Origin: Catajapyx aquilonaris
Lineage: Eukaryota
DNA: 60,054 nt
Direction of reading: 5' to 3'
Assembly (NCBI GenBank): GCA_000934665.2
Contig: KZ537989.1
Location: 124,001 to 184,054, forward strand
Of the stretch, positions 27,255 to 41,612 are shown piece after piece. The number at the start of each line of letters is the position of its first letter. Positions within the stretch are counted from its first letter, which is position 1. Under the pieces are notes generated by a model. It was not told where the DNA came from. It made no database searches and was given only the letters and a program-made list of their open reading frames with translations. A program made the position numbers and the translations under genes.

Positions 27255-28386
27255 CAGCCTTTCTGGCCATCATTTCTAACATAGCAATCATTTTAGTAAC
27301 TGATCGACAGCACCTTTGTGCAATAATTGACAGAAGGTAAGCTCCAAATCCTGGGGTACCCGTTAACGAGCCATTTAAAAAGTGCGGAAAAGTTTTGATC
27401 CCCGAGGGAAAAGAGCTTTGGGGCTTTTCCAGAGCCGCATTTCCAGTCATATGGGCCCGTGTTCGGGGCGCCCCCATTTTGGAAAACGTGTCGTTGATTG
27501 GTCATTGTTCAGGCAGCATTGTGTTTTGTGCCATTCCGCGGAGGTGGAATGGGCGCTGTTGTGATGCTGCCCTTTATGGCTTTGTTAAAAGTGCTAATGG
27601 TGAAGTGCGCCAACTAAGGGTGGGTTAACTGCCGCTGATCATTTCCATGGGTGGGGATGGACCAATCAATAAGACTTTCCAAGGATAGATTCTGGCACTT
27701 TTAGGGGGGTAATTTTCCGGGGGGAACCTTTCCCTGCCGATGACGGAAAAGACTGGCCCTATTTTGGTTCAACCCGATGCCGATAAGGGTTTTTGGTTCT
27801 TACTGCTTTAGTACTCAGCTTATCTCGAAACCGCAGGAAACTTCATTGCGGACTGATAGCCAACGTGCATTTTTGCGCTACAGCGGAACTATCAAGTGAC
27901 GTCATAGCCGTATCCAACACTATTCACCATAAACATCCAGATAGCGGCTACTACCAGCCCAGGCTCATATTAATATTATTAATAACTATGATGTCGCAAG
28001 CGAGATGACGTCAGTTCACCGAAGCCAAATTTTGAAATCAAACCCCTGCGACGCACTGTTCAAATAGGCGAACAATGTTACACAATCAGCTGGCAAATGA
28101 CAAGCCTGTAACATTTCAGCAGCCAGCAGCCTATACATCCCTCTACACGAGTTCAACTACTGGTATCATGCCAATGACAATATTTCTACAATCAGAAACA
28201 GCAGCTCCCCCCGAAACTCATGTCACGCGTGAACACGTTCCAACTGCCATAACAAGCTCCGGGGACATTTCAACCAATGATGTCATCGCCCGAAAAAAAA
28301 ACCACCCAACCAATACACCATATCCTAAAGAGAGCAATAAACGAATATGGCTGAGTTATTGTCCGTGGTTCACACGGAGGGGGTCC

Positions 28387-28404
28387 AAGAAGAAGAAGAA
28401 GAAG
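28387..28404. repeat. (AAG)6 microsatellite within a purine-rich tract
   Basis: Seen directly. Confidence 0.85.
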
Positions 28405-31400
28405 ACCGAAAAGAAGTGCGAGGGGAGACTTGGGAGACCCCTAGGGTGCCATTAGCCTCAGATTTATGGCCAAATAATGAGGGCTGGAAATAACAATATG
28501 CGATTGGAGGGTGGCTGGAAAGAAATGATAAAGAATGGTAGGCTATATGACCCAAGGGAAGCGTGAGAGGAATTTAGTAAGTGGTAGATGAGACTAGGGA
28601 GTGGACATCAAGAGGAAGTTGGAAAATTTTCGACTCTACCTAAGGAGATGGGGAGAGGGTAGGAGACATCCTACGAGTCGGAAGGAAAAGTTGGGGAATT
28701 GCTGGTGGCGAGGGTGTTATTCCAGTTTTATTGACCATCAGGCACATTTGCAACGGCGCTTCTCATGCATTGGCAATGGGAGGGGTGGTACAGGGAGCGA
28801 GGATTGCATCGGTGCTATAGGGTAGATTTGGCATCGGGTCTAGCTGGGCTGCCAATGACACCCGGCGCCAAAATAATTCGTGTCTATTCCTTTCCGTCTC
28901 TCAAACCCTACTGGGAATTAGCTAGGTTCAGACGTCACATAGCAATAGCAATTTGCTCCGAAAAAAAAACTGGTGTAATTGTTTCCACCGTTTGCATGTT
29001 CAAATGCCTTGTAATCGCTGGAATTAACGAGCTTAGAAAGTGTCCAGCAAGTTCAATGCATCATGATATAAGGGGGTGTAAGATGGTTTATAATATATTA
29101 AGATTAATGTGCCGGGCGAAATTAGGCGCCGTACTGTTACATATTCATTAGAACCAATTTGGAGCTGGGTTGGGGAAAACTTGAGAACGCGGAACTTTTC
29201 CTGCCCATGCTAAACACCATCTAGCTAGAGATACGGCCAGTTATTAAAAGTGAGTGAGAAAAGTTTTTGCAATCGGTGGGTGACAAGAGTTACAGGCTCA
29301 TAGGTATGGCTACAATAATTCTCAACAAACCAATTAGCTGCAGGATATGAATATGGATTGCAAAATTCATGCTGAAAATTTGACACTTGAAGCAATCAAA
29401 TTCGCGGATTAAAAATAAATCGAAAGCAATTTCGCTCATTTTATGGCGTCGAAAGGCCAATAATGAGCACACCACGTCCATTTCCGATAACAACGCTGCA
29501 GAACCTACGCATATTATCTACCCTGTGAAGACATGAAACGCATACTCCATAACCCAATTTTGAACGCACTAAACAATTTTATGAAACCAAAGAAACGAAG
29601 CCAAAATTTGATTCCCATGCTTCCTTGCACAAAGACCGTCATTTCATTTAGTCCCCCCTCCATAGTGTTAAGTCGGTTTATAATTAAATTCATAATTCTA
29701 TTCGCTCTACCCCAGTTTTCCCTCAGATGGGAAAAAATATACCCGGTTTTTAGGCCCCTGTGAGTTTTCCAGCGACAGCAATGACGCGCAGTTGACAGCA
29801 TGAATTCCCATGTCGACTGCAAGCACCGCCAGCACATTACTATTCAAAAGTTAAATGTTTAGCAATGGGATGCAAACCCTCTCTCATAAACCATAAAAAA
29901 TTTCGCCTGCAGTGCTAGTTTTAGAGCAGGCATGAAGAATCTCCATTTCTGGTCCAGTACGTTATTGTAGGACTAATGCGACGATGATATGTCACACACT
30001 ATCAGGTCCGAATTAGTCGCCTAAATGTACTGCAGTCGCCATTTACTAACTTTTCCTCTGGAAAAAATAGTGCGCGGAATGAACAAAATGAATCAATTTT
30101 TGTATAAAAATTAGAGCTGTTCTAATGGAAAAAAAAGTGGATCAGGTGTAAAATTCTGAAAGCTCATTCCGGTTCTAACTACAGACGTTAATTTTCTATT
30201 ACGGCTCAAATATTCAATAGCTGGTCCTTGTTTTTGTGACGCTCCTCACTATAGGGGGAGCTGAGAGTCGTGAAACGGCATGGTCCGAACCTGTATATTA
30301 TTGGACCACGACCACGACCCTGCATGGTCAGAAGGGATAACCTGAGGAGGTCAGCCGCACTTTTAAAGAATGGGAGGCATAAACAATGGTTTGGAGCAAA
30401 GAGGAAAAGGTCTTTCACTATCCTTTTTTTAGGTGGGTACTAGCGATAGCCGGCAAGCAGCCAAACGTCCGGTCTAATCCATTTTCGATGAAGGCCAGTC
30501 CTCTCCGGAACCAACAGATTTCTTTTTTTTTCTGCCACCCACCCAACCCTCTCCTTCCACATTTTTTTCTTTCATCCACTTTCCTCCCACATACCAAGAA
30601 AAAAAAAAAGATTCAATGGAAACTGCCGAGTGCGAATCTTAGATTGGCGAAACGGGCCTGATATTGGAAAGCGCGACGGGGTGCACCAGTTCCTTTTTTA
30701 CACGGCTATTCCGTGTCAATTTGACTTTGGGCCGACAATTCTGAATCTAAGAAAGGACTTCAGAGGGGGGGTGGAGAAGGAGGAAAGGGCAAGGAACCTG
30801 CTAGGTTTTTGTCAATTTTGAAACGTCGCTTCTGCCCATTTTCTTTTTAAGGCGGAAAAAAAGAGCTTCGTTTTCTTCCAGCCTGGCTTATAGGTCATTT
30901 CGGCTTCGTTTGCTACTGAATGGATGGCTGCTGCAATGTGAGGTCCGCCCTCATTTCCAGACCCATCTATCGTCCTTAGCATCCTGCAACAAGATTGGAA
31001 TTCCTTCCGGCCCGCCGGCCTAGGAGGTCAGCAGCTTACAACCCCCGCCCACCCATAGACGGTCCTGTCTGCCCCGATAGGCGCCAGAAACTTGTATCTA
31101 TTTGGCTCCCCAGTGTTGTTGCAACTCACCACTGCCTCTGGTGATCAAAGGAACAAATTGCCCAAAGTGTTTCTCCAATCCCATACAAAGCTAGCCTCAT
31201 CTGAGGTGGCCCACACGCACACTAGCCTCCCACGCCATCTACCGGCCCATTAGCTCCATCTAGCGACAGTTTGGTTTTTCCAACTTGAAATTGAAACCCG
31301 GTCGGACCGGCCAGCCTGGAGCATACATTTCTGGAGCCAGAGCAAACAATACGGTCTGCTCCTCCATTACCCCAGCCTATTAATCATTAAAACCCAACTA

Positions 31401-33670
31401 GGGCGATCCTGGCCAACCCTGGTAGCCTCCAAAAATCCCTCACTGTCACATCCAGACCCTAGGATGGACACTCTCTCCGTCGGCTGTGTAGGAATGGCCA
31501 CCATCTGCTTCTGGTCCTTTTCTCGACTCACTCCCAGCTGTCGCCACCCAATGCTAACGACACCGTTCACGCCTCGTACGACCGGTCACTGCACCCAATC
31601 TTTTGCACCGTTTTACAAACGTCTAATAAAAATTGCTAGCCAATTTTTTTTAAAAAAAAAGAAGCGGGCGCACATAGTCGGCCGTTAGCGTGATAGGCCC
31701 ATGAATAGGGTAATGCGATGTGATGGCAAAATGCGATTAGGTTTTTCCTTCCGTTTCCTTCCTTCGGGTTTCCTACAAAAGAGTTAGTGGGGATTAGTGG
31801 GGAGCAATCCCCATATTGAGTGCTGGCCACGCTATTCTGGCTCGACTTAAGTGGATTTTATGAGGAGGGAAAAGGGAGGGATTCCTATAACTGCTACCGG
31901 GGGCGCTATTAATTTGACGGTGGAAGCTGCGAAAAATAAAGAGCTGGTTTTGCACCTAAGAGAAAGCGATTTGATGAATCAGCTAGGAAATTCGTGTCTC
32001 CGCACAATAACTGGGGGGGTCTACCCCCTGCAGGGACTTCAGATATCCTCTTTGACTATTTACAGGCCAGGTTCAGTTGGGGGGTCCACCTGCAGATAGG
32101 AATATCGATTTTTTGATACCCGGAACAAACGCTAGCACACACTCATTCCCATAAGGCTAGACAACCAGTTATCTTGCATGGTCTATTGCTCGGTAAAAAT
32201 AAGCCCTGTCCGCTCCCTCGAGTTATGTCTTCTTCGTTGGCTATATATTTCTATAAAAACAGTCAGTGTATTTTGATGCACCGATATTATAGATATGAAT
32301 GTACCGGGTGTTCCAAAACATCAGTACAGCTATAATTTCACTGCCAGCACATTTGACACATTATTTGAGCAAACACAAGCTCAGAAGGCAATGTAAATGT
32401 GGAAAAGTGCTTTTCTTGAAATCTGACTATTTTTTTTTCTTTTTTCTCTCCGTTCTGTCGCTCGTAAAAACACAAGCGGGGGGTGAAAAATCCTTCTTTC
32501 CAAGTTCGTAGCCCTGAAGCCCCAGAGCCTACCCGAGTTCGCCTTGCATATTTCACCAGCCATTCCCCTTATAGACTAGATAAATAGATCCTAAATATTC
32601 TACAAGCTCGTTCCGGACGTATGGTAGAAAGAAAAAAAAAAGAAGCAAAGGCGGGAAGTCACGAGAATTTCTCGTGGATCTAGGTACACTCCTGTTGAAA
32701 AATGGGACATGATGAAGACCACGTTTAAGTTCGACCCCCCTGGTGGGCCCCCCTGCAAAAATCCTATCCTTAAAAAGGCGACTCGTGGGACACAGAAAAA
32801 CTGGACAATTTGCGACGATTGGCGACGTTGACGCGTGTATTTCGCTGACATAACCTGATGATTATTGGCTTTAGGGGTGAAACTGGGGGTGTGCGGATTT
32901 GCGGTTCAATGTGCAGACGGTTTGCGGTGAATTATTCACCGCGGCGCGTTTCGGCCCCAGGAGTGATCTTGCCAATTTCATATGTATCATGGATGGCCAC
33001 GTTAGGGGTTTAGATTGGCAACGACCATGCGTCTTTTTCGGAATTCGCGCCAAAGGAGCAAGTCGTCCCCGAATTATTCATTGGCAGCGTGGATACGCCC
33101 TTATTAAATTTAACTACCTTATTTTTTGTGCAGGTAATTAAAATGGCGATTCGAAACTTAGTAAATACGGCTATAAATATCATCACTAGCTATTAGTACG
33201 GTGGCAACGAGTTAATTAACACATCATCTGGCCGTAACAAATGGACGTACTTGACTGTTACTGCAGGCAAGTGCGCAATTCGGCCGTACGTGGCACTGAT
33301 GACACCATTACCATGTATAACTTATGTAAATATGGCCGCAAAAGGTCTCGGAACATCCTGAGACTAAAATGCTCTTACACGGTTGGTGTTTCTTATTATA
33401 CCCTCCCCGACTCTCCTTTTAGAGCGATATGACATGACTGCAAATGCCCAAGGGATGACTGAAAAAAAGGAACATACGTGAGTAGGTTGAAAACCATCCT
33501 CTAGTATAATTCGTCGGATGCTTTGCACAGCCCGTTTCCAGAGATGCAAAAGGGGAGGCCAAGGTGTCCCTTTTTTTTCCTTACAAGACGTGAGGCGGGC
33601 TGCATATCTACGCAAATTTCCTTCGCCCAGTTATGGCCGGGGCAGGTGGCTTGCTCATCCGCAAAAGACG

Positions 33671-33743
33671 CAGCTGCTTCCCGCCCACAGATTCCCCCAC
33701 TCAAACTTTAACCATGGGGGGGTCTGTGGGCGGGAAGCAGCNG
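33671..33743 (+). repeat. Near-perfect inverted repeat/hairpin (27-bp stem, 15-nt loop); candidate structured RNA
   Basis: 33673-33691 GCTGCTTCCCGCCCACAGA is the exact reverse complement of 33723-33741. The stem continues inward with TTCCCCCA/TGGGGGGG (two G:U pairs). Loop 33700-33714. Confidence 0.85.
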
Positions 33744-36700
33744 GGGTGTTTCCCACCCGGGAATATAATCCGGATATCTCGCCTCAGGAATTATCTTTCC
33801 CCTTCTCTCTAAGTGTAAATGCCCCTCCTGGTAATGCGCGCCTTATTGCGGATGCAAATGGCAACACTGCATGAAATATTGACAGTAGTGTGTGAGTTTG
33901 GGATGGTAGGTCCCTGCTGTGCATATATTTCACTTTGTGCTCTTGGTTGCATTAGGCCGCCCCTCACTATACCCCCTTGGAAATAATGGCAGAGAGAGTC
34001 TTCTCTGACGGGGATCAGATTCAGACCCGGCCGCCATGTTCAGGCTAGATTTGGATGTCTGATCGGGAGGGTCTGGCCCTACGAGAGAGACTCTGGGGAG
34101 GCTTCATTTATCAACTGGAATGAGATATAAAAGTAGTTGGGGTGGGGGGAGGAATCTACTTTTCAAAAGAGTTGATGTGAGGTAATTAACGCAGCATCCC
34201 GGGGCTCATCCTGTTGGAGGAGCTTCTTTATAATGGTCCTTTTCAAAGCTCCATTGTCGCTGCTGGATATATCCAACCGCGTCTTCGAGAATCTTTTCTT
34301 CCCTTAGGCATTGGAGATCAATCAATCGATTGCAATGTGATTTTTTTGCCCCGTCTGGGCTTGAGTTAGATAAAAAAAAGGCTATTCGCCCCCTCTCCTT
34401 TTAACTATAAATCACGCACATTGTAATGAGAGATGCCGTATATAGAGACGTCACAAGCCACATTTTCAAATATGAAAATGCCTGCTTTATCTGAAAACAG
34501 TGGGTGTTCAGAATGGCATCAGCAGTGTGCAACCAGTGTCGATTTATGCAAAGTTACATGGCGCTCGAAATGTCTTTTAATTGTCGACGAAATTATGAGC
34601 ACACAGATTCGCACCCATGGAGATTAGAGTTGTAAATGTGTTACAGTTTTACTGGCACACACCACGAAACCAGCACCCTGCGGTATTTCGACCCAATGTG
34701 AAAATAGACACAAAGTTCCTGAATAAAGAATAAACACCTCATAGTACAGTGTAAACGCTACGAGGTGTGATCGTTACACCTATCTGCAGCTATCTGCTCC
34801 AGGCATTATTTATAAAGCTCCCATGCAAAATTCATACCCTGCAAGCGAATAGCTAATGTTCCCGAGCCAATCAACCTATAGGAGCCGAAAATTCTCATAT
34901 TTTGAGCTATTGTTGGGCACACAAATTGTGCAAAGTTTATCCCAAAATTGAAAGAATCGGGCTTCTAAATCCTACGGGAACACTTAAAATAATCAACTTC
35001 AGATATAATCGAATGGTTGGGTGGCCAGTAGCTTGTCAGGGGGAAGTTCCTCCCAAACCTTCCAGTGCAATCCCAACACCATCTCTCTTCTTGCTCGGCT
35101 TGGGCCAACAGGGCCCGAGATTCAATAAAGGTTGGGCGATTGGCCGGACTCAATCACAAGTCGACGGGGCCGAAAGGAGGCAAGTACCCTGCTGCCAAAC
35201 CTACAAGAAACTTCTCCCCCAAATAAAAGCAGACGGAAGAAATCAACCAACTTTTCTTCCCCCAACACCATTTGCTCATCTGCCTCGTGATTAAAACCAA
35301 CAAGGAAGGGGTCCGGATTTGGATGGTAGGAATTACTCGTGAGGACTTTAAAAGGAAAAAAAAAGACTGGTGCGTACCCTAGGATGGTAAAGAGTAGAGC
35401 GCAAATCCAGATAAACGACGGTCGTCGGAGCTCTTCCGGGCCTTCCCCGTCACAGAAATTTGCACCAATTGTCCCTGGCAATCTGGTTGAATTCACAGCC
35501 CTCCCCTTTTCCTCCAAATGCGCCAAAAAGAGAAAAGGAAAAAAAATAGGCAGGGGAGAGGACTAGAGAGGGGAAAGTAAACCGGAGGAAATCCCACGCA
35601 ATGCATTTGCATTGGAAAAGGAAAATGTCATTACACATTCTGAATCCTCCTCCTCCTCCCCACCCCTCCTACCTTCCATCATGCCAGAGCCCGTCATGTC
35701 CCAACTGCCTTTAAATCAATCGAGCAAAGTGGATTATAAGAGCCACAAAATCCCCCTCAAAGTGCTGTTTCCCAGGGAGGCAGCAGCCCAGCCAACGACT
35801 TCTGCCTTCCATAGTATTCCTCAAAGAATCAATAAGTAGTGAATGAATGAATGCATTTGCCTACGAGCGCTTCCACCATATTTTCAAAAGCCTTTCCAAA
35901 CTTTTCTATGCCACTACTGGACTCTAGTATATAGTTCAGATCAATAGCAATAAATTTAAAATAAATAAACATCGACCCCACAATTTGATGATGGTGTTCC
36001 AACCAGATATGGCCCACTATAATGACACAGCACACTGTCAGAAATCCCCATCATTTCATGAGTGAGGTAACTAATCAAGGAGCACCCACTAACCATGCCT
36101 TATAATCCCCATTTGAACCCAGTAATATCAGTCGAACTGGCCACCCATTAACGAACAGTCCCTAATAATAGTCCCCAGAAACTTGAAACATTACATCCGG
36201 ACCTACAGATTGATCTAGGGAGGGTCGGGGAGGTAAAATATCAAGATTGGCCGTAACCTACAAGGGGGGGGGGATAGCTCCCTCCAGAACGTCCAGACTT
36301 TTTGCTTTTATGACCAAAGTCCGATGAGGGGGACAGATGGGACTCGGACATCCCTCCTCCCCCCTCTCTTTATTTCCCCCATGGAGAAACTAGACTCACA
36401 AATCACCTCTGAAAGGTTTTGGGGAATGGAGACTTGGGGAGACGACCCCCTCCAACTGGGGAAAAGGGCAGTTGTGACCAAGCTTCTATCCAATATGAAT
36501 ATAATTTCACACTCTACCCTCTCTGGTAATAACTGTGACGGGGGCGTACCTGCGGAGTAAGGGTCGTTTTGCAGGCAGATTTACATAACGGCCACATGGG
36601 AGTGACACGGACAAATGACGTCCGTTTGACGTCAGCGTGAAGAATTATCAAACGGGATACGATTCGTTTCGGATGATTTTTTTTACGTGGAGGGTATGGC

Positions 36701-39700
36701 TGTAATGTTTTCCTTGTTGGATGAGACCCGTGGTCCGTGGTGAATTCATGACTGGTGTTGGATGTCACACACATGCCACTGGGCGCGGCGGTCAGCTTTT
36801 TCAGACATGGACAGCACGTATGGTGTGTACACGGGAGTGCTAAATGAGGTGTGGAGATGTGGATGAATGCCTGCTTCTTTTGCATCCTGTTATCACTCTC
36901 GCTTACGACTCAACCGTCACGTCCCTGCAAACGAGGTGTGGACGTTTCGAGTGAATGCTTAACTTCCTCGCATCTCATTGTCGCCGATAGGTCGTTACGA
37001 GAACGTTCACACCTAGGCTCACAGGGTGAGTCAGAATATCTAGGCGCTAATTTTCTGAAAATTACTATGTTCAATCAAAAAATTTCATCTCCTAACGAGC
37101 ATAATTTTGCATTATGGCATGCTGTTTGGGAAAATGTGTTCGTGACGTAGATGCAGACACCTAATGTACCTAATGGTCCCTGGAGATAAACTCCCCAGCA
37201 GACTGATGTATTTAAGTAATCAATAACGACGTATCTAGGCGCCATCCAAGTGAATGTGAATCGCTGATTGTGTTGATTCACCTAATTAACGCCACGACAA
37301 ATATTAGTCTTTACAAAAGTAGTACCGCCATTGGAGATAAACACTATCGGACACTGGATATAGCTGTTAGCAATTACTTAACAGTCTTGGATGATTTATT
37401 TCATGCATGTTAGCGTTTCTATTTGAATTTCCACATGGAGATGCAATCAAAGTCACTCTTTAGAAAACTCCTAGCCCGCAACTGATGACACACGCAAAGC
37501 AAAAAAATATCTAAATTACAGAAACTAATTATCAACTCGTGTTTTCCCTCCACAAATTCCTCCATTAAGAACTCATCACCCTGAATCCTCCAAACCCAGA
37601 AAAAACTAGGCCTCTTCCACACGCATATACATCAAGCAGGTATGGCCTTGCTGCATGTCATGCCCTGCAGAAGCACCGGAGCCTGCAGCCGACACATTAA
37701 AGGCTTCCAGATCCCCCGGATTTGGTCCGCACGTGCCTTCCAATCCCCGAAGTACCCCGGAAAATGCAAATGTCTTTCCAGCATACCCATCGGACATGGC
37801 GTCCACTCTTCTTCTTCTTACCGCGCACTTTAGAAACGTATTCTCAAAACGGGGGCGAATTTCTGCCAAACCCGGGGAAAGGGCTGATTCCGCCACTTTG
37901 ACTCACAAATTGGGACCCTTAAACATGCCCCGCATGATAGAAGCCGCTTGCAGACTCCATTAAGTAGTCCATAGCTGCTCTTGTCAAAGTCGGTGGGGAT
38001 TAAGCTGCCTCCCGGATACAAATTCACCCGCATAGTATTCCTGTAAGCTCCCCCCCTGCCACTGACATATGCTGTTGTCGGATAATTAGGCCGCCATTCC
38101 TAGAATGGCAACACTGGAAGGGTCAAGTGGAAGAATCTTATGAATGAATAGCGGTTGAAGGTGAGGACCTAGAGGTTAGAGTCCAACATCATCCTTCATT
38201 CCCCTTATGTAATGCAGAAGGCCTGGAACACCCCCGGATAGGAATTGCTAAATCCAGACATTCTGCTGGAGAATAAAGGATTGCCATTCTCCTTTTTACC
38301 CCGGGACTTCATCTCCGCTCTTGAGTCAATAGCGCACTGTACAATTTTCCAAGAAGCCAGCTGGAGATCAAAAGCTTATGAGACATCTTATGAAAGCGGT
38401 GAAGTAGCAGCACGGAAACTGGGATGAAATAATTCGTTCTTCCTGCGCTGGAGTGCAGTCGGAATTAATTTTTCACAGCCTGGTGGTCTCTTTCTATAGG
38501 CAGGCAAGCTGTAATCCACAATGGACGGCATATTACGAAGTAAGCGGGTGTTACCATTTTCCTCAAATCTTATATTATAAACGGTCGAAGCAGTGATGCA
38601 GTTACCTTTAAATTTTTTTGGGGGGGTGCTCTCAGAGGCGACATCTGGCACCTCTTGGAAGGCCTTCATTTCCTTCCGTCTCCTTTCCTTACCCTAGCGC
38701 CTTCCACCAAACCCTTAGCCAATTCCACACAAAACTTCCTCCGGATCCAACGAAGCTTGAGGCCAAGTTGAGTTAAGGAGTTTGCAAAACTATGCACGGG
38801 AAGAGGACGCAATCAATGTGCGAGCGGAAAGTTTCTCCAGAGTGAGAGAGAAGGGAGGATGGGGACTTGAGATACGTCGATATTTTGTTGCGGCTCCGCT
38901 TCTGAATTGCTTCCAATTGCTACAACATGTGGCATTACTCCCCTAAGATTTGCAGTAGACCAGGGGTCACTGGATGGCGCAAAATTAAAACGTCTTCTGT
39001 GCCTTAACTACAAAAGGGATGGGGGGTAGATAAAGCCCATTTGCATTCCAAATAATTCCGAGGGCCCATTTGTGTGAACGACATTACGGTCTTCCCCCGC
39101 TCTGAGTTGTTTCCCCAGCATCCCCAATGGCCGACAGGTTTTCATTGCGGCAATTGGGAAAAGGCGCCACCGGGCTTTGAAGCCAAGTGTACAAAGGGCA
39201 ACAAAGTTTTCCCGGAAACTACGGCGGGCAACAAATTTCCCCGCCATTGCACCGGCGCCATTACAAAACCCCTACGCGCAACATCCCAAACTTTACAACG
39301 TTTTCTTCTGAATATGCCAAACACAAAAAGTTTCCCCGACATAATTAAGACACATTAGGCATGCTTCAGATGTTCTGAGCAAACTTTGACACGTATCACT
39401 CTGAAGATGGCAACCTTGGCTTAGCTCTCACAGAGTCTGCAGATTTCACTAATAAGAATTGCACCCAGGTTATGCCATATCCTGAGTCGGTGACGGAACA
39501 TCTGGGGGGGTTAGAGAAGCAGCAGACTTCCCCTCCCTTTTCCGGAGTCCGTCCTGGAAAACCGCGTCGACACTGAATTTCCATTACAAGAGCCGCGGTT
39601 GCCTTCGCGGCTGGAATGGAGCACGAGAAGCTCCTTCTTTACGCCTCACTTCTCATCTCTCAGGATATGCACTCCCCCGGAAAACCGTATAGAAACCGGC

Positions 39701-40548
39701 TTTGCACAGGTGGCGACTCTAGTGGTGAAATTTCAGTACGTGTGGCGACTCTCTCGGCAGTGTTTGAAGCGTACGTCGGCTTCTTGTCATCTGCCTGGAC
39801 TTTGTGCATCTGGCACATCGACCATGTCCCTTGTCACACGTACCCCGGGTCACATCAAAATCGGGGCGGTGCACAGGACAGGGTAGTTTTGCCATCAAAT
39901 TAGCCGCTTCCTGTGAAGTCCGATTGCCAAAGGGCGCTATCTAATCCCATGGAGGAAGCCTCCCCCACTTTACTGTAATTAGTGAAACGTGGTAGGACCC
40001 ACGTAGCATTTGCACATGCGATAAGAAATGAGCAATTGGCCGGTGGGGGTAGGAGGAAGAGGGTTTGTTCTGTATCCGCCCCCTTCAGAAATTGGACTAT
40101 ACCCCTGGTGGTGAGTTATGCCAAGCTCCCTAGAATGGATGAAGTCCGTGCCCGCCCCTGGCTACCATTAAGTCTGATTGATGAATGACGAGTGGGATGA
40201 GTTGGAGGAGGCTGCTGTTGGGTTTCGTACACTATAGTTGGTTTCCTCCCCAGGCAACGGCGATTCCCTCGCTTCTTCCTAACAGATGGCCAAGTTGGGG
40301 GCACCCGGTACAGGGGTGTATGAAAAGTGTTGCAGGAAGAAGGAAAAAAAAACACAAAATCATCGTGAAGGGGAAACTCCAAGAGATTAAGCCTCAACTT
40401 CCAAGAAGGCAATCCGGCTCCAATCTCTTGCGTGCAACAGAAATCTAAGAAAATTGGAGTTTGGGATTAAGATGCCTTGCTCGGAAGCATTTGTCAAAAA
40501 ATAGGGAAACAGATTACTCGATTCCCTATAGAATGAGAGGCAATACAC

Positions 40549-40625
40549 ATGTGTGGGTCCTCCATCACCGTGATTGATTCTGGCCTGACTCCACCTGGCC
40601 CTCCACCACCACGCTATCAAAACAG
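40549..40625 (+). CDS. Candidate first coding exon MCGSSITVIDSGLTPPGPPPPRYQN
   Basis: ATG at 40549, Pro-rich open frame, consensus donor CAG|GTGAGC (phase 2). No homology recognised. Confidence 0.2.
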
Positions 40626-41612
40626 GTGAGCCCTTCTAGCCTCCCTGAGTTATGTGGACTTCCTCGCTAGGCAACACCCACATAAATTAGAACCCATCGC
40701 CCCAGCTCTTCCCGCCCTAGTTGATTTCCGAGGCCCCCACCGTTCCTAACTCATGCAGCTGAGAAATTAATCCTGCTGCATCCAACTCCCTTAGCCCGCT
40801 CTGGTGGGCAGATATCACACCGGACCCTACCAACTCCCTCAGGTCACTCGTCAGGATATCTACAAAAACCTGGAGAGAAAAAGGGCTCATCCGAGTTTCC
40901 TAACGAGGCCTCTAGTTCCTGCAAGCCTCCCTATGGGGCTAGGAATCACACTGCATGGGGAGGATTAGCACTCCAATCACACCTGCTGGAAAGCGGTCTT
41001 TACAGATAAGCCTGTTACTAGTGATTACGACCTGACAGACTGGGGTCGCTACTTTTGTATGGTTTCAGCCCATAATGTTGCGGATATTGGGTAAACAACA
41101 TGCATGGGGGTACCCGTATGTTGCTTGCCGACATTTTGGAGTAAGAGCAGAGTGTAAATGTGTTGGAAATATAATTTGGAAGCAGGTGAGGGTGAGATTC
41201 ATGAATGCAGATAACGAGCGTGAGAAGGCGAGATATACATACTGTCGGGGAGCTACCAACGGCGCCTGGTTGGCCTCGACCCTTCTCCTAGGTTCCCGAT
41301 TATAAACGTGTACTAAGTCGGTTCCGAATTGGTTTTTAATGCAGTCGAGGGCTCATTTTAATGCAGTGGCCAGCGGCGGAATCCCCAGGCGGGCCCCCAA
41401 ACATGCAGCCGCCCATGCCATCCAGCCCCGCATATCAATGCTGCTGCCACGCCCCGCATTACTCTCCATATCCCACCGGATCAGACCTCGCTCTCTCCGG
41501 GCTCAACTGGTCACCCTCTCCAAGGATATAGCCATGTCCACTACCTGTCGGGACATCCCTCACACTCGAACATACAGCCGGTAGATGGCGACACCTTTCA
41601 ATATTGACATAT

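Noticed and set aside
32300..40313. TGTACCGGGTG and its reverse complement ~8 kb apart, resembling Tc1 TIR starts
   Set aside because: Only ~11 bp match, there is no further TIR similarity or transposase between them, and such a match is expected by chance.
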